From NCBI GenBank assembly GCA_008080735.1, contig SHMW01000046.1, forward strand, positions 1 through 33,839: DNA of 33,839 nt, in the 5' to 3' direction. The translations under genes and the position numbers were made by a program. The stretch is from Promethearchaeota archaeon. Its GTDB lineage: Archaea; Asgardarchaeota; Lokiarchaeia; Sigyniarchaeales; SOKP01. Below are positions 7,514-17,600 of this stretch, in pieces. Within the stretch, counting starts at the first letter, position 1. The number at the start of each line of letters is the position of its first letter. The notes beneath the pieces were generated by a model. That model ran no database searches, had not been told where the DNA came from, and saw nothing but the letters and a program-made list of their open reading frames with translations.

Positions 7514-10030
7514 TCATTTTTTTAATTCAATTCTATTATCACATACAATTTTATCTACATCTTGATGAGTTATTAAGAGCACTTGAGTTTTCTCAGCTAT
7601 AGAACAAATATTGGATAAGAGACTTTCTCTGGTATATGCGTCTATAAATTCCGTGGGTTCATCTATAAGCAAGAAGGGTGCTTGACTGATTAGCTCACTA
7701 AGAGAAAACTTATATGAGAGTCCCAAAAGTAATTTATAACCCCCTCCTTCATAAACCCATGCCGGGAAAGATTCTGTTATATCAATACCCTTTGGTGTAA
7801 TTGATAAACTATAGTCTTCATTGTCTATATGAATTTTTTCAAATTCGTCTTCGGGTGATAATAGTTGCTGATATTCCAAAATTTTCTCCTCTAATGCTGT
7901 TGAAACTCCATCTCGTATGATTTGTTGAGTTTCTTTAAAAATTTCTTGAAAATTTCTATATTTTTCACTTAAATCTTTTTTTATCTTGAGAATAGAGACT
8001 TTCTTCTCATTATTAGCAATATTCCTATCCAGCCTTTTGATTTGTTCTTTAATTTCTTCTAAATCGTCAATTATTTGTAGCCGTTGATCTTCCAAGTGTT
8101 TTAAATTCGATGAAATCTCTGATAATTTTGAGATTATTAATTCATTGAAATGATTTTGTAATTTTTTGGCTGAATTAAGCGTTTTTTCCACTTTAAAAAT
8201 TTGTATTTGATCTATTAACTTTTTCAATGATTGAGAGAACGGATCTTCTTTTTCTAAAAGACTTGAATATTTCTCAAGCTTATTGCCGGTTGTTCCTAGT
8301 AATGTTAAAAATTTCTCGTTTAAATCAGCATATTGTTTCTGTTGCTTCGATCGCTGCTCCTCAATTATCTTCAATTTTTCCTTTTGTTTTTTATATTGCT
8401 TATTAATGGAATCTAATTCAGCTAATTTTTTCGTGCTATTTTCCAAGTCTTCCTTTAATTTTTTTAAATTTTCATTTTTTTCATCGAGCTCTTTTGCCAA
8501 TTTATTGATCTTTTGTTCAAGATTCTTAATTTCCTTCCCTAAATCTTTTTCAGATAAGGAAGCCGCTTTTTCTTCGGTTTCGTTGACTTTCTTTAATGTA
8601 TTTTTCAATCGTAGGATTTCTTGATAACAAGTTTTTTCTTCTTCCCTTATGTACTCTATATTATTTACCAGACTATCTTTTTTTTGTTCATTCTCTCCTA
8701 TCTCCTTTGTTATTTCTTTTAATTTTGACTTACAATCCAATATCTCTGATTTAATCTTTTCAGAATCGATAGAAGAGCCACAATATTCACATTTTTGATT
8801 ATCTTTATTTGATTTCCGTCTTTCCAGAATCCCTTTAATGTTCCCCCTTTTTCTTTCGATAGTTCTGAAAAAGTTTTGTATCTCTGTTAGCTTATTTTCC
8901 ATTAAACTTAATTTTTTTTTAATTTCTCCATTCTCATCCTCAAAATCTTTAATTTTTTCCTTGAGCTTTTCCTTAGATCCAAAATCTTTAATTAAAGAAT
9001 CTAAATCCTCTAAAAATCCATCCCTCTGGTTTTTAAGAGTTTTCAACTCAACTTTTTTATTTTCAGCCCGATTTATTTCTTCTTGAAGATTTGAACTTTC
9101 TTTTTCTCTATTTTTAATTGTTTCATTGAATTGATTTACCATATCTTTTTGCTCTATTAAATCCTTTTTAAATGCCTCAAAAGTTTCAAACTTAGTTTCA
9201 AGTTCTTCTAAATCTTTATTAATAAGCTCTATTTTAATATCTGATTCCTTTACGACTTTTTCCGTCTTTTCTAAGGATTTTACATTTTCAGAAATTTTTT
9301 CAGAATATTCTTTAAAATCCTCCAATTGGTGCAAAATGCTTTTTTGATTCTTGATTTCAGACTCAAGGGTTATTTGTTTATTATGTTTTGTATCTAACTT
9401 ATCATGGTATTCTTTTTTTTCTGTTCTTGCTTGACTAATCAGTTCTTCGAAAGTATCAAGCATCTTTACTTCCTTTTCAAATTCAAGTGCTCGATGCCTA
9501 AAAATGTTTGAAAGAGCAGTAGCCGTCTTTATACCGAAAACAATATCTAATTTCTCATCCCCTTTTAATATATTGGAAATATCCCCTTGAGCGAAATGAA
9601 CTCCTGTCTCAAAAAACCGTTTTGAAATTCCCAGTATCTCCAATAATTTCAGAGATAACTCTTCTTCACGATTTCCAAAATCAGAGGCTAAGATGTATTT
9701 TTCCTTATCTTCCATCATTTTTTTTAAGGTGAAATTTCCTTCAGCAGATCGGCTTTTTCCCTTTAATCTATGCATTCTTTGAATTTTATATTTTTCCCCA
9801 TCCTTTCCTTTAAAAATAAGTTCCACTCCGACGATATTTTCCTTAAATCCGGCTAATTGAGCGATTTTTTTAAACCCCCCAACATTTCCAAATAAGCAAT
9901 ATTCTATAGCATAGAAGATAGTGGTTTTTCCTGAGTTATTTCTTCCATGCAATAAATTAAATTTTGAATCTAATTGGAGAGCCAAATCTTTATGCTTTCT
10001 AAAATTCTTAAGCCTTATTGATTCAATCAT
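7514..10030 (-). CDS. Second Rad50/SbcC-like SMC ATPase with a degenerate ABC signature
   Basis: Walker A GRNNSGKTT, Q-loop FAQGD, long coiled coil, central CEYC hook (~aa 414), signature region YEGGGYK, Walker B LLIDEPT, H-loop ITHQ. Confidence 0.88.
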   Translation of the reverse strand: MIESIRLKNFRKHKDLALQLDSKFNLLHGRNNSGKTTIFYAIEYCLFGNVGGFKKIAQLAGFKENIVGVELIFKGKDGEKYKIQRMHRLKGKSRSAEGNFTLKKMMEDKEKYILASDFGNREEELSLKLLEILGISKRFFETGVHFAQGDISNILKGDEKLDIVFGIKTATALSNIFRHRALEFEKEVKMLDTFEELISQARTEKKEYHDKLDTKHNKQITLESEIKNQKSILHQLEDFKEYSEKISENVKSLEKTEKVVKESDIKIELINKDLEELETKFETFEAFKKDLIEQKDMVNQFNETIKNREKESSNLQEEINRAENKKVELKTLKNQRDGFLEDLDSLIKDFGSKEKLKEKIKDFEDENGEIKKKLSLMENKLTEIQNFFRTIERKRGNIKGILERRKSNKDNQKCEYCGSSIDSEKIKSEILDCKSKLKEITKEIGENEQKKDSLVNNIEYIREEEKTCYQEILRLKNTLKKVNETEEKAASLSEKDLGKEIKNLEQKINKLAKELDEKNENLKKLKEDLENSTKKLAELDSINKQYKKQKEKLKIIEEQRSKQQKQYADLNEKFLTLLGTTGNKLEKYSSLLEKEDPFSQSLKKLIDQIQIFKVEKTLNSAKKLQNHFNELIISKLSEISSNLKHLEDQRLQIIDDLEEIKEQIKRLDRNIANNEKKVSILKIKKDLSEKYRNFQEIFKETQQIIRDGVSTALEEKILEYQQLLSPEDEFEKIHIDNEDYSLSITPKGIDITESFPAWVYEGGGYKLLLGLSYKFSLSELISQAPFLLIDEPTEFIDAYTRESLLSNICSIAEKTQVLLITHQDVDKIVCDNRIELKK

Positions 10031-10033
10031 CCT

Positions 10034-10270
10034 TTACTCCTCCATCTCATCTATCGAAGATAATTCTTTTATCTCCATCTCAAACATCTCTATAATCTTT
10101 TCTTCTAATTTCTCTTTACTATTTTTACGAAGTTTAAATGTCTTTGTAAGATTGTCCTCATCATCGTACAAATAATTCGTAAACTCAAATAAGGAGATTA
10201 GATTTTCTTTTTCTCGCTTACTAAGTTCAAATTTATCGAGAATATTTGAAATATTAAATTGAAATTTCAT
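10034..10270 (-). CDS. Small acidic helical hypothetical protein (78 aa)
   Basis: ATG-started ORF between the two Rad50 genes. It ends 3 nt before the second Rad50 ATG, with GGAGGAG embedded in its last codons. Confidence 0.7.
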   Translation of the reverse strand: MKFQFNISNILDKFELSKREKENLISLFEFTNYLYDDEDNLTKTFKLRKNSKEKLEEKIIEMFEMEIKELSSIDEMEE

Positions 10271-10334
10271 TTTGTTTAGTTATTCTTTTTTTTTGTCTTC
10301 TTTTGATATATTATAATTTAACATTTTTAAAATC

Positions 10335-13046
10335 TCAGATATTTGTTAAATAATTTACTTGGGTCCTTTCTTTATTATCCTTTGAGAGCTTTATCACATA
10401 CTCGCTATGACGTTTGAAGGAATCATCATGGGAAATGACAAATAGTTGGCTAAACCCTTCAATATTATTAATGTATTTACTAAGATTATTCCTGGCAATT
10501 TCGTCTAGATTTGTGGTCGGTTCGTCGAATATCGCAAATTTAGCAGAGGTTAATGTCTTTAAAATCGCCAGTCTTATAGCCAATGCAGCGGCCATCTTCT
10601 CTCCTCCTGATAAGCGAATAAATCTTTTAGCACTTCGCGACCTTCTGATTTCAATTTCGTAATCCTCATTCCAAATAAGAGAGCTATTTTGATCTCCGCG
10701 AATATCCCGATAGATTTGACTTGCATATCTGTTAACTTTCTGAATTAATTCTAAACGTATTTTTGGCTTGAATTCCTTCAGCCAAGTTCTCATCTTACTA
10801 ACAAGTTTTTTTTCAGCTCTAAGTTTAAAATCCTGCTTTTTGAAATCATCCAATTCTTTTTCTTTTGACTCCAAATTGCTAATATCTTCATTTATCTCAT
10901 CTAATCGAGCTTGTAGATTTCGTAAATTTTCATTAAATTTAATAATCAATTTCTCATTCTCTTCATACTCTGTCTTAACTTGATGATATTTATCCTCATC
11001 AAATTCTGATTTTAATTTTTCTTTTTCTTGTAATTTTTCCAGATGATGATTTTTCAACTCATCTAATTTTGCTCTTGATGATTTTAAATTCTGTTTTCTC
11101 GTTTCTAATTTATTTGCTTCATTTATGTTCTTTTGGTATTTATTATAAGCGTCCTCTGATTCATTAATCTTTTTGCGGACTTTTGCCAATTGAGCTGGCA
11201 CTTCATTATATTTCTCTATCTCATTTCTGATATTTACTTCCCGAGTTTTTAATAGGGATAATTCTTTCTTCAATGGCCCTACTTTTTCTTGAAGATCATG
11301 AAGTTTCTTTGCATTTTCTTTATTAATTAGATATTCATCATGATAAGATTTTAGTGTCTTTTTCTCAGACTCTAATTCTTTTCTCAACTTGATAAACTCT
11401 GTTTTATGAGAGATTTTTGATTTCAATTCAGATATTTCAATTTTAATATTACTGATTTGCTTTTCAACCTCTTCACTCTTAGCTTTACCTTTTGTTAATT
11501 CATCGAGTTGGTTCTTTATATTACTTTTTTCTTTTAGCTTATCATTAACTTCATCAAGATTTAATTTTTTAGATTTCAATAACTTTTTTTTATGTTTTAT
11601 CTCTGTTTCGAAAATCCCGATATCAAAATCTCCCGCTTGAATATTTTTGCAGACCTGATCTGTAAATGGACATAGCTGTTTTTTGACTTTATTTTGATTA
11701 TTTTGAAAGAAAGAGATATCATTTTTTATTATTGATATATCTAGCCTAATGTTTTCTCGATTTTCTTCAAGCGTTTTAAATTCTTCTAACATTTTCTTGA
11801 TTTTAGGTAAATCATTAGCTTTCTCTTGTAAGTTTTGAAGTTTTTTGGTTAATTCTTTTAACCTCTCAGTGTTTCTATTTAGTCTTTCTTCTTCAGACCT
11901 AATCATGGTAATTTTTTCGTTTATTTCTTTTAGATCTTCATCTAAATGTATATATTTTTGATATTTTGGTTCAATTTCTCCGATTTTTTCAACTGAAATT
12001 TTCGATTCATTGATTTTCTCTTCCAAATTGCTAAGCGTATTGAAAATTGATTGATACTTTCGATGTGCTTCATTGAGCTTATCTTTTAATTCATTTAATT
12101 TATCATTTTTGGGGATTAAATCATTTCTTAAATTGGTTAAAATTATATATTCATTATAGGCTTGTTTTGTTTTTAAGCAAATTTTATTTGCATATTTTGA
12201 CTCATGCAACTGTTTTTGGAGGTTTTCGTAAGATAGTTCAGCATTTTTTCTTTCTATCTCTAGTTGTCTACAATTATTCTCAAGTGCCTCTAACTTCTCT
12301 TTTAATTTAATGAGTTCGTGTAATTTTTCTTCTTTCTTTTCTTTAATTTTTCGGCATTTGTGTATTTCTGAGGATATTTTAGATATGTCTTCATCAAGGT
12401 TTTTTTTTGACGAAAGCAGATTCTCTTTATTCTTAGTCTCTCCAATTAAACCGCTAATCCTTTTCTGAATTTCGACTATTTCTTCTCTGTATTTTCGATT
12501 AATAACACCCAAATTTTCCCAATATTTCTCATATATATCTAATTGGAAAATTTCATCGAAATATTCTTTTCTTTCTTTTGGACTTCGTAAAAATATATTT
12601 ACAATCATTCCTTGAGGAATACCTATTGCGGTATTAAAAAGGGTTTCAAGATTAATATCAAATTTGACACCAAGCTGCTTTTTAATCCACGACCTAAATT
12701 TAGAAATCGTATCTATTGGAGGAGAGAGTGGTTTCCCATTCTGATCACATACCTCAATTTCAGTTCTTCCAATATCTCGCGAAATTTTATAGATCTTCTT
12801 ATCTGTTCCATTTATCCACACCCGTGCTGTGCCATATTTTGGTTTTTCGTTTTCGAAATCTCTCACATAATCTGCTTGATAGGTCTTAGATTTAAGGAAA
12901 TCAAATAAGACAAATCCAATCATTTCAAGAACTGTTGATTTCCCCGCTCCGTTATTTCCATAAAGGATATTCAATCCCTCTTTAAATGATATGGCGGTTT
13001 TTTTATGTGTTTTTACATTTTCAATCTCGATTTTTTTAATAAACAT
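10335..13046 (-). CDS. rad50: Rad50/SbcC DNA double-strand break repair ATPase
   Basis: Walker A GNNGAGKST, Q-loop IPQG, coiled coil, central CPFTDQVC, signature LSGGE, FDEPT, ISHD. ATG 13046 follows a GAGGTG RBS. Adjacent to mre11. Confidence 0.9.
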   Translation of the reverse strand: MFIKKIEIENVKTHKKTAISFKEGLNILYGNNGAGKSTVLEMIGFVLFDFLKSKTYQADYVRDFENEKPKYGTARVWINGTDKKIYKISRDIGRTEIEVCDQNGKPLSPPIDTISKFRSWIKKQLGVKFDINLETLFNTAIGIPQGMIVNIFLRSPKERKEYFDEIFQLDIYEKYWENLGVINRKYREEIVEIQKRISGLIGETKNKENLLSSKKNLDEDISKISSEIHKCRKIKEKKEEKLHELIKLKEKLEALENNCRQLEIERKNAELSYENLQKQLHESKYANKICLKTKQAYNEYIILTNLRNDLIPKNDKLNELKDKLNEAHRKYQSIFNTLSNLEEKINESKISVEKIGEIEPKYQKYIHLDEDLKEINEKITMIRSEEERLNRNTERLKELTKKLQNLQEKANDLPKIKKMLEEFKTLEENRENIRLDISIIKNDISFFQNNQNKVKKQLCPFTDQVCKNIQAGDFDIGIFETEIKHKKKLLKSKKLNLDEVNDKLKEKSNIKNQLDELTKGKAKSEEVEKQISNIKIEISELKSKISHKTEFIKLRKELESEKKTLKSYHDEYLINKENAKKLHDLQEKVGPLKKELSLLKTREVNIRNEIEKYNEVPAQLAKVRKKINESEDAYNKYQKNINEANKLETRKQNLKSSRAKLDELKNHHLEKLQEKEKLKSEFDEDKYHQVKTEYEENEKLIIKFNENLRNLQARLDEINEDISNLESKEKELDDFKKQDFKLRAEKKLVSKMRTWLKEFKPKIRLELIQKVNRYASQIYRDIRGDQNSSLIWNEDYEIEIRRSRSAKRFIRLSGGEKMAAALAIRLAILKTLTSAKFAIFDEPTTNLDEIARNNLSKYINNIEGFSQLFVISHDDSFKRHSEYVIKLSKDNKERTQVNYLTNI

Positions 13047-13056
13047 TATTTCCACC

Positions 13057-14640
13057 TCATAAATCTAATTCACCATCATCGATTATATCATCGATATCTA
13101 AATCATCATCTTCAATATTTAAAATCTCTTTAAATTCTCCGAACTCTTCTGCGAAATCATTCTCATCCCATATCTTATCTATACTAACTTGTTTCGCTTG
13201 TTGTTTCTTTTTATTTCTTTTTTTCATTTGATTTTGTTTTTTAGGTTTCTTTTCGAGTCTGACAATATCCTCAACTTTCTCTAAAATTTCAGGATTCAGT
13301 TCAAACCAGTTATCTAATTCTTTTTTAACAATAATATGATCTGCGGTTTTCGTGAGCTTGTTTTTCAGTTGATTAAGTAATAAGTTAGCAATCTCATTTT
13401 TATGAGCTTTGAAATTTTCTTCCTCTTCTATCGTTGCTAATAAGGCCTCCTCTTCGATCCGTTCAAAACTCCATGATTCATCCACTTCGAGATTATATTC
13501 AGTTTTAGAAAAAACGTGATTGTTTAATTTTAATCCCAAGATATAGAATGTATCAAAAATTAAATTTCTCAGTTCTTTTAAATCAATTTCTAATTCTGAA
13601 TAAGAAATCCTTCCTTTAATTGTTATATATAGAATAGGTACATCCAAATTGGTTAAAGATAAGTTCGTATTATTTCTCTCAGGTACTCCTAATTTTCTGA
13701 GTTTTGTTATCACCATATTTTGTGCTTCTTCAAAAGATTTGGACTCTGAAATGTCGATAGGGTTAAAGGACAAGAATTTTCTATTGGGAATATTGAGAGG
13801 ATCATTGGTATTTCCATTTTCAGATGTTAGAGATTTTACTTGAAAATTATTATTCTCTTCTGGAAAGATATCAACCAAAAATATCCCGCGCTTTTCATTA
13901 TATTCCGTTATCTCATTTATTTCAAGACTACCAGGGTTAAAGATCCATGGGTCCTTCTCAGGCAATTGGTATTGATTATGAAAATGCCCCAGAGCTAAAT
14001 AATCTACGTGTTTATGTAATTCTTTTAGTTCTTTATTTATATCATAGCCTTTTTTTCTCTTATCATAACCTTGGATGCCGAAATGCATCAAAAGTATTAT
14101 AAATTTGTCATTTTTAGGGATTTCCTTCCTTATAAGAGAAAATAATCCCGGAGTAGAGCTTCCAAAGTAGCTCATACCGTATATTACGGAATCTTTGATT
14201 GTTATTTTGCCTCCTTTATGCTCTCTGTAAGAATAATCATTAAAGATAACCCTTTTCGAATCGCTAATAAATTGTCCAGAGAGTAATATAATCAAATTTA
14301 AATCTGCTAAAAGTTCCAACCACGTACGGTCCGAAAAGAATGGAGTCTCATGATTTCCTTCGATGCAAATGATTGGAATTTTGAATCCTAATTCTTCCTC
14401 AGATTTTGACTGAAAGTCTTGTATATTAGTTATTATCTTACTCAAGGTCGATGGATTTATTTTCTGTTCACTATCGATGAAATCTCCGCAAATGAGGACA
14501 AAATCTACTTTTTCGTATATCGCTTTATTTAATAGCCATTCAAAGGCTTTAAAAAAATCTTCATATCTCTGTGGTATACCATACAGTGTTTTTCCTAAAT
14601 GCAAGTCCGCGGTATGAATAAATCGGATTTTATCTTTCAT
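13057..14640 (-). CDS. mre11: Mre11/SbcD metallophosphoesterase nuclease
   Basis: Motifs ADLHLG, CGD, EGNHE, MHFG, LGHFH and NPGSLE. Upstream of rad50. Basic-then-acidic C-terminal tail. Confidence 0.92.
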   Translation of the reverse strand: MKDKIRFIHTADLHLGKTLYGIPQRYEDFFKAFEWLLNKAIYEKVDFVLICGDFIDSEQKINPSTLSKIITNIQDFQSKSEEELGFKIPIICIEGNHETPFFSDRTWLELLADLNLIILLSGQFISDSKRVIFNDYSYREHKGGKITIKDSVIYGMSYFGSSTPGLFSLIRKEIPKNDKFIILLMHFGIQGYDKRKKGYDINKELKELHKHVDYLALGHFHNQYQLPEKDPWIFNPGSLEINEITEYNEKRGIFLVDIFPEENNNFQVKSLTSENGNTNDPLNIPNRKFLSFNPIDISESKSFEEAQNMVITKLRKLGVPERNNTNLSLTNLDVPILYITIKGRISYSELEIDLKELRNLIFDTFYILGLKLNNHVFSKTEYNLEVDESWSFERIEEEALLATIEEEENFKAHKNEIANLLLNQLKNKLTKTADHIIVKKELDNWFELNPEILEKVEDIVRLEKKPKKQNQMKKRNKKKQQAKQVSIDKIWDENDFAEEFGEFKEILNIEDDDLDIDDIIDDGELDL

Positions 14641-14673
14641 ATAATGTTCACTTTTTATTTAGACTCTTCATAT

Positions 14674-17600
14674 TTATTTATATCTAAATCTGACTTTGTA
14701 AAACTTTTCATCCTCTTCACTTTCGATGTTAAGCATAATTTCATTCTTACAATATTCTTTTACAAATCTATAAATTTTTGAGGATTCTTCTAGAATTTCT
14801 CTCTCGTCTGGGATATATTCAACAAACTTGTCACTAGAGACAAATATAAGCTTACTTTTTGCCCTGGAAGTTAATACATTAAATCGATTCAAGTTATATA
14901 TGAACTCATCTTCCATTTGGAGTTTATCCTCATCAGATAATCCAATTGAACATATTATAAGGTCCCTATCAGATCCCTGGAATTTTTCAACCGAATACAC
15001 CGATTCTTTTAAATGTTGCATTAATTGAGATTTAGGAAGGGTTGTAATTATTTCAAATAATTGAAAAATATTTCTGATGACGGTTCGACCTTGAGCGTTA
15101 TGTGGAGCGACCACCCCAACCTTTTCATTCCAAAATCGTTTCTCCTCAGTCTCGTTTTTAGGATTCACCATTAAATAGAATCCCTTTATGATTTCTGCTA
15201 CGATTTGAGCTTCTAAAAGGCTAATACCTATCTCAAATCTTTGCTGATGAATTATTGCGCATGCTACTCTTTGAGGTTCTAAAACCTCCCTAACCCACGA
15301 TTTTTTTATTTTTTCTAAATTTCCCCTTAAAATCCTATTAGCATTCTTTTTATATGCAATTATATTCTCATAAAGACCTAGTTGGGAGGTAAATTCTACA
15401 ATATCTCTATGTGAACGGTAATTTACCTTTAATTGTCTCTTTGAAATATTATGTCCTTCCACATAATATCTAAAAATATTGTCTAAAATCGTTTCCAGAT
15501 TTTTGGGAGGCTTTTTGACTCTGACGGGGGGTAATTGATTGTGATCTCCTACTACAATCACTTTTGTAAGAGAATCTGAGGTTATAGCACTATTTTGCGC
15601 CATTAAATTTTTTACTTCATTCTTAGTCCTTATGAATTGTTTTGGAACCATTAATTCAGGTTTTTTTATTGAGATTTTGGGTTTTTTAATGAATTGCAGA
15701 CTCGACATAAAATAATCTGCGGGTAATTGGCTTGCTTCATCAACACATATTAAATCAAAGCAAAAATTTTCGGAGACTCTACTTGTTAGATGATATAATT
15801 GATGAGCGTTTGCGAAAATAATGAAATTATCTTCTAAAGATTCTTCCAATAGGATAGTTTCCGTTACTGTTCTGGTCTTACCATTCAATTTCCAAGTTTG
15901 TCCGTCTTTCATCAAATCATCAACATTTCTCAAATATCGTTCATTAGGAATGGGATTTTGGGTTCTAGAATGAAAGAAGATCTTCTGAACTTCAGATGAG
16001 GGGGTGGGATTTCCCGAATGGTCTTTACTCTTCCTGATTTTATCAATAATAACTCTTAGAGCAGTATAAGAAAAGGATGTTATCAAAATTTTTGAGTCTT
16101 TATTCTTTCGGGTACGTCTAATAATAAATTCATCAATCAATGCCGCAATGGTTTGAGACTTCCCGGTTCCCGGGGGTCCCAATATAGCAGATATGGTTTT
16201 ACTTAACGAATTAATTATGGCTTCTTTTTGAGAAATATCAGGTGTAGGGTTGATTTGTGAGTATATAGTTTGATTTGAAAGTGCTTTATCATAATATCTC
16301 AAAACCTTTGGAGCAAAAAGATAAATTGAAGGGGTCGAAAAATTCCAATGCTCAGGCCATTTTAATTTAGGTTTATTCCGAATATCCCATAAAAATGCTA
16401 AACGCTCTCCTAACCATGATCGCCCGAAATTATGTCTCTGAAGTAGAGCTGAATGATTATTGTTATATAATTTATTTGACCATGCATCTGAGCTGAAATG
16501 ATATATATACCACGTTTCCGCATTAAAATCTATACTCTCTTCTTCACATGCGTCAAAAACATTATTCGTACTTGGTTTAGTGGTTATATAATGTCCCTTT
16601 ATTTTAGAATTCCATTCTATTGTTTCAATGTCGATAATCCATTTATACACTCTCTTATCCAGTTTTAATCCTCTTTTAGAATTCGGTATCAACAAAACGC
16701 GATCGCCTTCCTTAAGTTTCATATTGCTTGATAACCCCATAAGAAAAAAGGTATATTGTAATGACTTTCCTTGAAGATCTATAATGTTTAAATCACTGAC
16801 TCTTGCGGAAAATAATTTTCCAATACTGAAATCTGGGAACATTGTTCTATAATACTCATCATCTTGCTGTTGGAGAGCAGTATCGAGTCTCGAAAATAAA
16901 TACCATACATGGGCAATATCATGAAATTCAGAAGGTAATATCGCACTTTTATAATCGTGTCGACTAATAGTCCGAGCATTTTCCGATATTGCAAGATTTC
17001 CCTCTTTCTGGAATTGCGCTCGAATACTATCAATAATATGTAATTTGAAGATGATTTGGTGCTTTATGATATTCATTTTTTTCTTTTTTTTGTTTGGATC
17101 TATTTCCCTTAGATATAGTAGCCACGAGGAGAGATCTAAGTAGTTAAAATGTGGAATCCAGTACATTTTTGTATTTATCTCTAAGTTTTTGAATAATTTC
17201 TTGGCAATACCGTGCCATGTATAATTGATTATATCTGGAAATCCCAAACATGACTCTGCGAAACTTTGTATATCAAAAAGTTTCTTATGCTGATAAGGAT
17301 TGCTCACTTCTGTATCTGAGGGTGTAAAATACATCAAGATTTCTTCATATGCGCCTCTCACAAGAGGCTCACTAATGACCTTATTTAAGTTCCTCTGAAT
17401 CATGTCTTGAAGATGTTCGAGCTGATTTCGTGACCAATAGAAAATCCCTGTGTCTGGTCCAATGTAGTACGTTCCATATTTACCGGTTATATCAATAACA
17501 ATATAATCTTCAATAATGTTGCACATTTGTAAAATCCAGTTTAATTTGAGGATTGTTTTAATTGTAAGAATAGCTTCACTTTCAGCGGTTATATCCTTAT

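Noticed and set aside
6977-14640. Assignment as Wadjet/MksBEFG or a bona fide condensin SMC-ScpAB
   Set aside because: Both ATPases have Cys hooks and Rad50-size arms rather than hinge domains. No Toprim JetD or recognisable ScpA/ScpB is present.
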